DNA from: Lytechinus pictus
Taxonomy: Eukaryota
Direction of reading: 5' to 3'
Length of the DNA: 64,000 nt
NCBI RefSeq assembly: GCF_037042905.1
Contig: NC_087251.1
Span: forward strand, 49,601,358 to 49,665,357
Shown here piece by piece: positions 1-9,842 of this stretch (positions within the stretch are counted from its first letter, which is position 1; the number at the start of each line of letters is the position of its first letter). The notes beneath the pieces are model-generated. The model had not been told where the DNA came from. It ran no database searches and worked only from the letters and a program-made list of their open reading frames with translations. The position numbers were made by a program, and so were the translations under genes.

Positions 1-856
1 TGCATAAAAAGATGAGTCATAGAATTTGTTTATTTTTCCTTTGTTAACTCTGCATAATTATTGTCAGAGAGTGAAAGGTTTCAATTCTAATTCAGGATAT
101 TGTCTTTTGCATTCTGATGAAAGGAAAGCTAAATAAAAATATCTGCAATGTCCCTCATTCCAACCTGCAAAACAAGGAAGAAATATAAATGCATCCAAAT
201 CATAACATTTTCGTCTTGCAACAAATCTGACGCTTGAACTTGAAGATCAGTTTTGTACTAGTTAATAGTGTATTATTTATGCAAAATTTGGGATTTTGTA
301 ATAAACTTGGAAGATTATAACATTTCGTCTCATAATATTGGTTTGTCTTTCCTTTACTGTGAAATCAAAGTAAACATAATCGACATGTACACAAGTGGTG
401 CTGCGATTGTCTTGGACTGGAATAATTGTTTTTCCTGGGGATTTATTTTAAAATTTCTGACATTTATCTACTATACCTATCACAGAGGGTAGTACTAGTT
501 TGATATGAGCACCATTCAGATACACACAATTTCAAATGTTAGTGATTTTAAATGTTTTTCAACATTTAACTGGGTCTAAATAAATGATTGCTGATGTAAA
601 ATGAAAGGCAAGAACAAAAAGTATTCAAAGGTTGGGTCATTTTTAAGGATAAATATTATTCAAAGTTAGAATTAAGGGCATTTTGAAAATAACCATCTCT
701 TCACCACAGGACTTGTGATATTAAAGGGATGCTCCGGGCTGAAAATATTGAAATCTATATAAACAGAGTAAAATTCACAAAGCAAAATGCTTAAAATTTC
801 ATCAAAATCTGATAACAAATACCAAAGTTATTGAATTTCAAAGTTTAGCAATATTT

Positions 857-1488
857 TGGTCAATGGTCAATGGTAATGGTTTATTTAAAAAATTCAGTAG
901 CAGCCAAAGGCTGAATTGCAGAATCTTTTTACAAATAATAATATAAACATGATAATAAGTCACATTATTACACAATTCTTAACAAATCAAAATAGTTATA
1001 CGATCCTTATAAAGAACTTGCCAAGACAAATAGTATGTGATATATCATGCATTATTTGAAGAAGAAAGTATAGACACACAAAAAAAGACAATTCATTTAA
1101 AACACACACACTATGTCTATCAATTAAAACTTCGAAACGGGCATTAGAGCAAGAACAGTTTGATTTAGGAGAAGTGAAAAAAAGAAAGAGCAGAGATAGA
1201 ACAGGAAGATATGAAAGAGAGAGAGAGCAAAGGAGGGGAGGAAATTTGAGTTGAAAGTTGGGAAGACAGGAAGTAATCTAGAAGAGGTAGAAATAAGAAG
1301 TTTTAAGGCTGCAAAGTTAAAATAGATAAATGAAAACAAATTTGGAAGAATTTGAGTAAAAGTTATAATAGATTATCCTTGTACAAAAACATTATGTATA
1401 GCCTACACAGGTACAGATTGAAATCTGATTACACATTAAAAGAATGAAAGAGTAGTAGTAGTAGTAGTAATTGTAGTAGTAGTAGTAA

Positions 1489-1523
<35 letters not shown>

Positions 1524-1546
1524 ATAGCAGTAGTAGTAGTAGTAGT
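857..1546 (-). mobile_element. 5'-truncated LINE (CR1/L2-like) 3' UTR fragment nested in the Kolobok-like element
   Basis: On the minus strand a stem-loop CAGCC-TTT-GGCTG (901-913) is followed by AATAAA (880-885) and a short tandem tail (CCATTGA-like, 857-879), the usual CR1/L2 3' end. The far boundary (end of the AGT microsatellite) is approximate. Confidence 0.6.
1451..1546 (+). repeat. (AGT)n microsatellite, about 32 units, interrupted
   Basis: Directly visible. Confidence 0.97.
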
Positions 1547-2386
1547 GAAAACAGTTATATGCATGTCATCATGAATATTCATTAGATTGGCTGGTGATGT
1601 CACATCCCCACTTTCCTTTTTCTTATGTTGTTACATGAAATCATAATTGTTTCATTTTTTTCCACACGTGTGAATATGTCTCCCTTGTAATAAAATAAGT
1701 TGCAGCAATGAATGTCTAATGCACTTAATCAGTTGTTATTCCAATATTTTTGGTTCTTGAAGGAAATATTTGAATAAACCTAATTTCATATGGTAAAATA
1801 CAAAAGAACGAGTGGAGATAATTATGACATCAGTTTGGTCATTGAATATTCATGAAGATATGCCAAGAACTGTTTCACCATAATAATGCAAATCTTCAAA
1901 ATGCCATAACTTTGTTATTCCTTGTCCGATTTTGATCAAATTTCCAGTATTTTGTTTGATTTTTCTTAATCTCTTCAAATCACATTATTTTCAGCCTGGA
2001 GTACCCCTTTAAAGGGGAATAATTTGTTTCAATAAGAAATATGTAATGTAAGATATAAATCTTTCAAAACAAAGCTTATTTTTTTGAAAGATTGTTATCA
2101 AAACCCTACAAAATAATTTATCCGATAAATTTAAATTAAAATCACATGAATATTGTGAAGGTTTCTGTCAAAATTCCTTTGTTTGATCTGGTATAAGTGT
2201 ATAGACCCTTTAAAAAGTCAACAACAAAAGGACTAAATCCTGCTTTAAAAAAAAACTTAAGAAAGATACAACATGTCAGTGAGGTGAAAGGGAAGAAGAG
2301 AAAAAGGATGGAGTTTACACTACAAAAAAAAAATAAAATGGTGTTGATTGGTGTCAATAAAGGACCACACCCGTCATTTTACTCTG

Positions 2387-2604
2387 GACTGCGTCTTACA
2401 AAGAATTGCAATTGATCCGATCATCAACATCTGAAATGCATGTTAGTTCAGTAAAATTTCTAGATATGCTGTATACTTAGTGTGCTGAGCTTCGTTTACA
2501 GTGGACATTGTGCAAATTTCCTGTGGAAAAGAATTACGATACTGATGGATTTCCATACAGTTGAGGTTGATAGGATCAATCGTAACCCTTTGTAAGACAG
2601 GGCC
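2387..2604. mobile_element. MITE, PIF/Harbinger-like, 218 bp, 3-bp TSD CTG
   Basis: Imperfect TIRs: GACTGCGTCTTACAAAGAATTGCAATTGATCC versus the reverse complement of the right end, GGCCCTGTCTTACAAAGGGTTACGATTGATCC. CTG flanks both sides (2384-2386, 2605-2607). Confidence 0.75.
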
Positions 2605-2698
2605 CTGGTGTTATATTTGTGGTGTTACTTTCAACATACCTCTGGTTGGTATAATACGGAGCCCGCCAGGTGACATGAGGAGAAAAAATTATCCGTAC

Positions 2699-3063
2699 AT
2701 TATTTCGTTCCCACGAAATATTATTTCGTGGCCACGCAATATTATTTCGTTCCCACGAAATACTATTTCGTTCCCACGCAATATTATTTCGTTCCCACGA
2801 CATACTATTTTGTTCCCACGCAATATTATTTCGTTCCCACGCAATATTTTTTCGTTCCCACGCAATATTATTTCGTTCCCACGAAATACTATTTCGTTCC
2901 CACGCAATACTATTTCATTCCCACGCAATACTATTTCGTTCCCACGCAATATTATTTCGTTCCCACAAAATACTATTTCGTTCCCACGAAATATTATTTT
3001 GTTCCCACGCAATATTATTTCGTTCCCAGGAAATATTATTTCGTTCCCACAAAATGTTATTTC
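2699..3063 (+). repeat. 21-bp minisatellite (ATTATTTCGTTCCCACGCAAT), 17 copies, in the left arm of the foldback element
   Basis: Directly visible; it produces the 7-aa periodic pseudo-ORFs in the ORF track. Confidence 0.97.
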
Positions 3064-3174
3064 CCCTCTCTCCGATCCGCCGTACCGCACCAGCCGTGTA
3101 TAACACGTGCAGCATAGCAACATGCTTTGGTATGGTATAAAAAAGTGCTTGAAATGTACAGTGTTCAGGCCATA

Positions 3175-4067
3175 TGTTATCATATGAATATGATGACTAT
3201 ATATCTTCCTATTTATCTTGCTAAGCGCGAGATTAAACAAAAGGAACAATATAATTGTTAAATTGATATCTTATTTATTATTGCATAATGAGGGCGCGGA
3301 ATCTGATGACCTTATGGCCTGAACACTGTACATTTCAAGCACTTTTTTATTATGAATAGGATGCATCAGAAATCAGTTGATATATTTTTAACCATTAATG
3401 CGAGCGCAAATCGCGAGCCGAAATTTTGATAAACTGTCATAAAAAGGGGATTTTGAGTAGTTTGTTATATAATCAATATTGAGACATACATAACCCGCCA
3501 ATCAAAATGCAAGCATGGCAGCGCTAGATACGTTTTTACCATCAGACCTGAAAAGGGATATTTTGAAAACTTTATGAAATACATGAAAATAGTAGGTACC
3601 TGATAAATAAAAATTCGCGTGCGCGCAGCGCGAGCGGAAAATATTAATATTGAGACCATAAAACTGAAATTTTTTACAGAGCACTTTTTAAAAATCAATT
3701 TGTAAATCACACAAATTAATGAAAATTTCGATTTCAGAGGGGAAATATGTTTTGTTTATTGACTTCCAAACTTGATATTTATGCTCCATGTTGAACAAGA
3801 TATGTATATAAATGCAAACAGACAAGATATATGAATCACTTAACAGACAATACGAGCGCGAAAGCGCGAGCGAAAATTTTATTTAGTGACATGAAATATT
3901 TTTTTCCAAGTCTTCCTCTCATCTTATTTATTCATACGTCTTCCTCCTCTTTTTTTTTCTCTTTTCTTTTCCTTCCTTTTTTTCTTTCTTTCCCTTGTTT
4001 TTCTTTTTTTGCTCCGCCAATAGGGGGAGGGGCGGGCACCTCGGGCCCCCACCTGGATCCGCCTATG
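3175..4067. mobile_element. One-ended fragment of a hAT-like non-autonomous element (terminus ...CTGGATCCGCCTATG), copy 1
   Basis: Colinear, diverged homology with about 7208-8011 and an identical terminus. It carries recurrent GCGAGCGCGAAGCGCGAGC-like motifs. The other end is missing, so no TSD can be tested. Confidence 0.7.
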
Positions 4068-4123
4068 CATCATAATCACCACCTTCATCATCATTACCAC
4101 CATCATCATCACCACCATCATCA
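4068..4123 (+). repeat. (CAT/CAC)n microsatellite
   Basis: Directly visible; source of the poly-His stretch in ORF 3831-4301. Confidence 0.9.
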
Positions 4124-4215
4124 GCGCCCCGATCAGTGCATACCATACCAAAGCATGTTGCTATGCTGCACGTGTTATACACGGCTGGTGCGGCACGGCG
4201 GATCGGAGAGAGGGG

Positions 4216-4302
4216 AAATAATATTTCGTGGGAACGAAATAATATTGCGTGGGAACGAAATAGTATTTCGTGGGAACGAAATAATATTGCCTGGGAAATA
4301 AT
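4216..4302 (-). repeat. Same 21-bp minisatellite, inverted, about 4 copies, in the right arm
   Basis: GAAATAATATTTCGTGGGAAC-type unit three times plus one shortened copy. Confidence 0.93.
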
Positions 4303-4409
4303 GTACGGAGAATTTTTTCTCCTCATGTCACCTGGCGGGCTCCGTAGTATAAAACACATTTAGCTGTTACTTCTGCATCTCTAGATGTAAATTGAATGGT
4401 TACAAACCC

Positions 4410-4505
4410 TATAGTCAGTGGGTCCGATACCCGCGGGTCTGATAGTCCGCGGGTCTGTGGGTCCGTTAGTCCGCAGGTCCGATCGTACGTGGGTCTGATA
4501 GTCGG
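4410..4505 (+). repeat. Degenerate ~16-bp minisatellite (GGGTCCGATAGTCCGC), about 6 copies
   Basis: Repeated GGGTC(C/T)GATAGTCCGC units. Confidence 0.8.
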
Positions 4506-4518
4506 TGAATTATCGGGT

Positions 4519-5022
4519 GGTCTAGTACCACTTGGTCTATACTAATCAGTTCGTCCAACTACACATAGCCTAAACTCATTTCGTCTACAACCAGTTCGGC
4601 TAATTTCCAATTCGTCTAATTCCCATTTGGTTCGACCAGTTGAGCTAATTCTCACTTGGTCTAAAATTCAATTCGTCTAATTCCCACTTGGTCCAATATC
4701 CAATGAGCAGTTGGACTAAAACCATTCAGACTAATTTTCCGTTGGTCTAACACCACTTTGAATAATTTCCACTTTGGCTATAATTTCCACTTGGTCTAAT
4801 TTTCATTTTGTCTAATGGTCTAATGACCGTTTGGTCTAATTTACACCTGGTATAATTTCCATTTAGTCTAATTTCCACTTGGTCTAATATCCAATTGGTC
4901 TAATGATCATTTTGTCTAATTGTCATATGCTCTAATATGATCGTTTGGTCTAATTTACACTTTGTCTCAAGTCCATTTGGTCTAATATAAAATCATTCAT
5001 AATTTATGATTTATTTGATCTA
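4519..5022 (+). repeat. Degenerate ~16-bp minisatellite (CCACTTGGTCTAATTT), roughly 30 copies
   Basis: Recurring TTGGTCTAA/TTCGTCTAA core. Probably a subterminal repeat block of an old transposon. Confidence 0.85.
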
Positions 5023-5757
5023 AAATTAACAAATATGGTCATGGATAAATAAATACACCATGCATCAGTTAATGCATGTTGCCAGGATCCAGAGGGGTAG
5101 AGCCGGGGTAGGGATGGTGGCGGGTGCAAAACCTCTCTGTGAAGGATTACCAATGACGAGATAGTATAGTCGTATAGTAGTGTAGTATAGTAATCAAATA
5201 TAATTCTTATAATTAGGCATATGTCGAATTTCTATGATGATGAAAATCATATCTTACTCATAATCATCACATCACCGCATGCACATGTAAACATTCGTAG
5301 TATTGGGTGAACAATAAGTTAGGGACCTCATGGTCGAATCAGAATAACATTATTATGAAGGAATGAAAATAAACTTTAAAAAGTTTGGAAATCTGACTTT
5401 GATCGATAATCCCTTCACGGTTTTAGTGAATATCAATGTGTGATTGATATCAATGAATAGATCATTTTATTCTCTTTAAAATGATAGCCTACATGATATG
5501 ATTTTGGTTCACATGGAGGTGCAGTGCCTTAAAATGCGGGGCTACTTCTAATTCAAAAGTTGCAAATTGACACAGTATTGAAAATCACTGTTTTTTCTGC
5601 ATTGATGAGCGAGTTTCTCAGCGGTTCTTTGTTTTCATGCACCTTAACATCAACATTAGTATGGAATCAAACACACCTCTGCACAAGCAAGTACATAACA
5701 AATAAACAAACAAACATGCATGCATGGGTATTTAAACCACGACTCAAACCATGTTAT

Positions 5758-5908
5758 CGGTTCTAGGACAACTACCCCCTGGACAATTACCCCCCGGACA
5801 ATTACCCTCCGAGGACAACTACCCCCCGAGGACAATTACCCCCCGGACAACTACCCCCCCCCCCCCGGACAACTACCCCCCGGACAATTACCCCCGAAAC
5901 AATTACCT
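5758..5908 (+). repeat. ~15-bp C-rich minisatellite (CCCGGACAA[T/C]TACCC), about 10 copies; left arm of a foldback-like element
   Basis: Starts CGGTTCTAGGACAACTACCCCCTGGACAAT; inverted partner at 8137-8420. Confidence 0.9.
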
Positions 5909-6780
5909 TCAGAAAATCCCCCCTTCTCTCCAGCATCAATGTTAGAATTAAGCGAGACCCATTGTAAGTTTTGGTCGGTGGCACAGGTTTCCGAAATATT
6001 TTCTCCTTTATCTTAACTTTTTCTTTCTCTTTTATATTGCTCTTTCTTCTGTTCTCTCACTTTCTTCTTTTTTCCTTTTTTGTTTTTGTTTAGCGGCGCC
6101 TTCTGCATCATGAAAAATGGGGGGGGGGGGGGGGGGGGCTTGCACCCGAAACCTCCCGTTTGGCTATGCATATATACATCAGAAAATTTGTAAACTGGCC
6201 CTCATTCTAAGTTTTCATAGAACAATTGAACACGATTAGTCATAATAATCACAAATGCTGAATATTTCTGATTCCAACTGATCTGATTTTTTAAAATATT
6301 TATTTTGGGTTTAATTTCAGGTAAGAAATCAGGCAAATATATAAAACGTAAAAAAGACACCTTTATAGGTAGAAATATTGAAAGTCGATAACGCAACTAT
6401 CAACACTAACACTGTCAAGTAAACCTATAAATCTGTTATTTTAAAACAGTTCAACTAACAAGAAGCTAAGAATTATGAAACATTCCAGATTAAGATGTGG
6501 CTTTATAACTTAATACAGTAAGCTAAAAAACTTTATGCAAAGATAATACACACAAGAACACCTTGTAAATTACAAGGTGTTTTTGTGTGTATTATTCTTG
6601 GGTGAAAGCAATTAAACATTAAAGAAGGAAATTAAGTACCAAATTTACTAAATTGTAAACAATATGACATAATCAAATACAGTGTTTTTTCTTTACAAAT
6701 TGGCAATCATGATAGTATACAATTTGTTTAAGGTGCATTTTAAGGACGGTTTGTAAGAATTTATGAAGAAGTAGGCCTAT

Positions 6781-8011
6781 GCAAATCAAATAATGCGACC
6801 GAGCACCGTGAGCTGAAAATATTAATATTTAGACCATAAAACTGACATTTTACAGAGCACTTGAAAAATCAATTTGTAAATTTAGAAATAATGAAAGCTC
6901 GATATCCGAGATGAAATTTGTTTTGTATATTGACTTCGAAACTTGATATTTTAAGCTCCATATCAGCCTATATTGAGCAAGATATTAATCTCATCGAAAA
7001 AGCAATGTGAGCGCGAAGCGCGAGCGGAAAATACTTGATATTCCGGTATGAAAATGGTGAATTTGAGCTCTATCTAAAGCATTGTGTATGGAAATTGTGA
7101 AGTGGATGTGGAAAGCACTTAATAAATGATGCGAGTGTGAAGCGCGAGCTGATATCTTCATTATTATTTTGACCTAGGACCTGGACATTCTAGGTCTAAG
7201 GACATTTTGTCATCATATGAAAATGATGTTAACTTTCTTATTCCTCTTCCTAAGCGCGATATGAAACATATGAAACTGTGATATTGTCGATATTCTTTTC
7301 TGAAAAGGGACAATTTAGTCATTAACAATTCATGAAAATTTTATTATCATATTTATTGATGTAATAAGCCTAAATGAGTGAGTAAAATGTGTTGACACTG
7401 AGGCCTGAAAACTGGATATTTTAAGCACTTTTGTAATCATGAATAGGATTTGTGAGTTGATATATTTTTAACAAAAATGCGAGCGCAAATCGTGAGACGA
7501 ATTTTTTGGTAAACTGTCATAAATGGGGGGTTTTAAGTAGTTTGTTATATAATTTGGCAAATCAAATAATGTGAGCGCATAGCACAAGCTGCAAGTTATA
7601 TTCACACCATAAAACGGACATTAAACAGAGCACTTAAAAATCAGTTTGTAAATCAATCAAAATTATGAATAATGTCCGAGCTGAAATATGCTTTATAATA
7701 TCGACTTCGAAACTTGACATTTTGGGCTACATATCAGCCTATTTAGCAAGATGTGTATCTCATCGAACAGGCTATGCGAGCGCGAAGCGCAAGCAAATAA
7801 ATTAATATAGTGACATGAAATATATTTTTTAATCATTTTCCAAGTCATCTCCTGACCTTTTTTTTTCACTCGTCTCCCTCCTCTTATTTTTCCTCCTTTC
7901 TTTCCCCTTCTTTTTCTATTTTTCTTTCTTTCCCTCTTTTTTTCATTTTTTTGCTCTGCCGATAGGGGGGGGGGGGGGCCGGGCCCCTCGGCCCCCCTGG
8001 ATCCGCCTATG
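6781..8011. mobile_element. hAT-like non-autonomous element fragment, copy 2, with internal duplication
   Basis: Same ...CTGGATCCGCCTATG terminus as 4067. Segment 6781-7030 is a diverged direct repeat of about 7557-7800. The left boundary is approximate. Confidence 0.7.
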
Positions 8012-8136
8012 GATGGAACTAAATTTTACAGCTTTCTTACGGCGTACGTTTGATGCCAAGATACTCGAGAATGCCTTGAGTACTTCTTACGTCAAACGTA
8101 CGGCCGACGTATGACTCTGTGCACTCCCTTTGTCTA

Positions 8137-8420
8137 GGGGGTAATTGTCCAGGGGTAGTCGTCCGGGGGGTACCGGTAGTTGTCCGGGGGGTAATTGTCA
8201 GGGGGTAATTGTCCGGGGGGTAGTTGTCTGGGGGGTAGTTGTCCGGGGGGTAATTGTCCGGGGGGTAATTTTCCGGGGGAAATTGTCCAGGGGGTAATTG
8301 TCCGGGGGGTAGGTGTCCGGGGGGTAATTGTCCGGGGGGTAGTTGTCCGGGGGGTAGTTGTCCTCGGGGGGTAGTTGTCCTCGGGGGGTGATTGTCCAGG
8401 GGATAGTTGTCCTGATACCG
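8137..8420 (-). repeat. Inverted ~15-bp G-rich minisatellite, about 18-19 copies; right arm
   Basis: Reverse complement starts CGGTATCAGGACAACTATCCCCTGGACAAT, matching the terminus at 5758. Confidence 0.9.
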
Positions 8421-8934
8421 AAATGTACAGATGTGTTATGTAATGACCAATTTTAATGTTACTCCTATAGTCTAGTGCCCTATGGATTTACACACATCCT
8501 ACCTGCCTATATGTAGCTCGACAATGGATGCAATGTAGGGCCCAACATCCTATAATGCAAAATTGTAGATATGCATAGTGTGCATATATCTGGATGCAAG
8601 TACTGCCACAATTATAAATACCAGATTCACACGAGTTAAATGAGATAATAATAAAACGAAATGAGAATTAACATACAAGCGTACTATACATTCACATCTT
8701 CCTATGACAAGGGGTGTAAGAGAGAGATAGGGAGAGAGGGGGGTTAGATGGCTTGTATTCTAAAGGAATGGGGGCTAGTCTGGCCAGAAATAAGTAAAAG
8801 TTAGAACAAGATAGCAGTAGCACTCTTTCTCAGCCACGTACCCCCCCCCTCCAGACATACTTACCATGCTTTTCTCTACCCCCCCCCCTCCTTGAATCCA
8901 CCACGATTCAGTCAAATACTAAAGTTCTCTGTTC

Positions 8935-9085
8935 AATTCAATTCAATTCTTTTTATTTCATTTCCATTCAAAACATAATACAAAGTAATATAAAGTAATA
9001 CAAATCAAGTACAATTTAACAGAAGGGCATTCTTACTTCGTAAAAAAAACACAGAAAAAACAGTATAATATAGAGCATAAATCTA
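8935..9085 (-). mobile_element. 151-bp LINE-type 3' end insertion with 7-bp TSD TCTGTTC
   Basis: TSD at 8928-8934 and 9086-9092; all other monomers show the empty site. The minus strand ends AATAAA...(GAATT)n, a CR1/L2-like tail. Confidence 0.85.
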
Positions 9086-9189
9086 TCTGTTCTCCATCCC
9101 TTTCCCATGAACCAATTTCACAATTGCAATTGATCAAAGCCTATCTAATGTTTAGTATCCTGTAGTGGGTGCTTTACACGAATACAGCA

Positions 9190-9374
9190 CAGGGGCTGCG
9201 GAACCGGGGGGGGGGGGGGGGCTGGGGGGGCTTCAGCCCCCCCCCCCCCACTTTTTTCCAAAACCGTGTACAAAAATGTAAAAATTACCATATTATTGTG
9301 ATTTTTAGCATGGTCAGCCCCCCCCCCACTTTTGGCTCAGCCCCCCCACTTTGAAAACCGTTCCGCGGCCCCTG
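9190..9374. mobile_element. 185-bp MITE, CAGGGG..CCCCTG termini, 5-bp TSD CAGCA (hAT-like)
   Basis: TIR CAGGGGCTGCGGAAC versus reverse complement CAGGGGCCGCGGAAC. TSD at 9185-9189 and 9375-9379; the empty site is visible in the other monomers. Confidence 0.9.
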
Positions 9375-9842
9375 CAGCAGAGCTCGTTGGTATACAAAAA
9401 CACACGAAAACATGCAACGCAGAGGTAATATTAGCCTACACAGCCTAGCCTAGCCTCGGTATACAAACACACATGATCTACTAATCACTATTTGTTACCT
9501 GATATACCCCCTCTGTAGCCTTGAACATAACCATTCAGTTCAGTTTTTGGACCTCTTGATGGCTCAAACATGCATACTAGTGAAAATAATTTGATACTGA
9601 AGAGTTTGGGCTGGTGTTTCATCCACTAGGGAATTCCCCTTGTAATATAGGCCTAGTCTTGGTTGTATTATATGGCACATGAAGGTTTCTTTTTAAATTA
9701 CCTTCCTGGCTTTTCTTTAACATCTGTACACTCACTTTATCACAAAGAAATGCATGAAATATACAGATGTGTTATGTAATGACCAATTTTAATGTTACTC
9801 CTATAGTCTAGTGCCTTATGGATTTACACACATCCTACCTGC

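Larger units (their letters stand above)
725..2008. mobile_element. Non-autonomous DNA transposon, Kolobok-like (TTAA TSD, AGGG..CCCT termini)
   Basis: Left end TTAA|AGGGATGCTCCGGGCTGAAAATA (721-747). The right end reverse-complements to TTAA|AGGGGTACTCCAGGCTGAAAATA (1986-2012). A TTAA TSD with purine termini fits Kolobok rather than piggyBac. No transposase ORF. Confidence 0.85.
2655..4346. mobile_element. Non-autonomous foldback-type DNA transposon, IS3EU-like (TAC..GTA termini, 6-bp TSD GTATAA)
   Basis: Near-perfect inverted arms 2655-3138 and 4140-4346 begin TACGGAGCCCGCCAGGTGACATGAGGAGAAAAAATT. GTATAA is duplicated at 2649-2654 and 4347-4352. The superfamily call rests on the TAY..RTA/6-bp TSD rule only. 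Confidence 0.88.
5758..8420. mobile_element. Possible composite foldback-like element with CGG..CCG termini, unclassified
   Basis: Inverted minisatellite arms have matching termini. There is no TSD and the termini differ at 3 nt, so the arms may come from two separate copies. Confidence 0.5.

Noticed and set aside
268..2415. Short ORFs 268-492, 1124-1339, 2142-2357, 2197-2415
   Set aside because: Short, compositionally biased, with no recognisable domain; some overlap repeat fragments.
2318..2654. CACTAC-starting element hosting the MITE and the foldback element
   Set aside because: No matching right terminus or TSD found.
2699..3063. CRISPR-like array
   Set aside because: Repeats are contiguous with no unique spacers, there are no cas genes, and the context is eukaryotic.
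2561..3249. Overlapping ORFs with 7-aa repeats (IISFPRN, GNEIILR, YYFVPTQ)
   Set aside because: Translations of a 21-bp minisatellite in a transposon arm; open in many frames and on both strands.
3831..4363. Poly-His and low-complexity ORFs
   Set aside because: They derive from a pyrimidine tract, a CAT microsatellite and the TIR arm.
5720..6016. Pro/Gly-rich ORFs (GQLPP, DNYPP)
   Set aside because: Translations of the 15-bp minisatellite.
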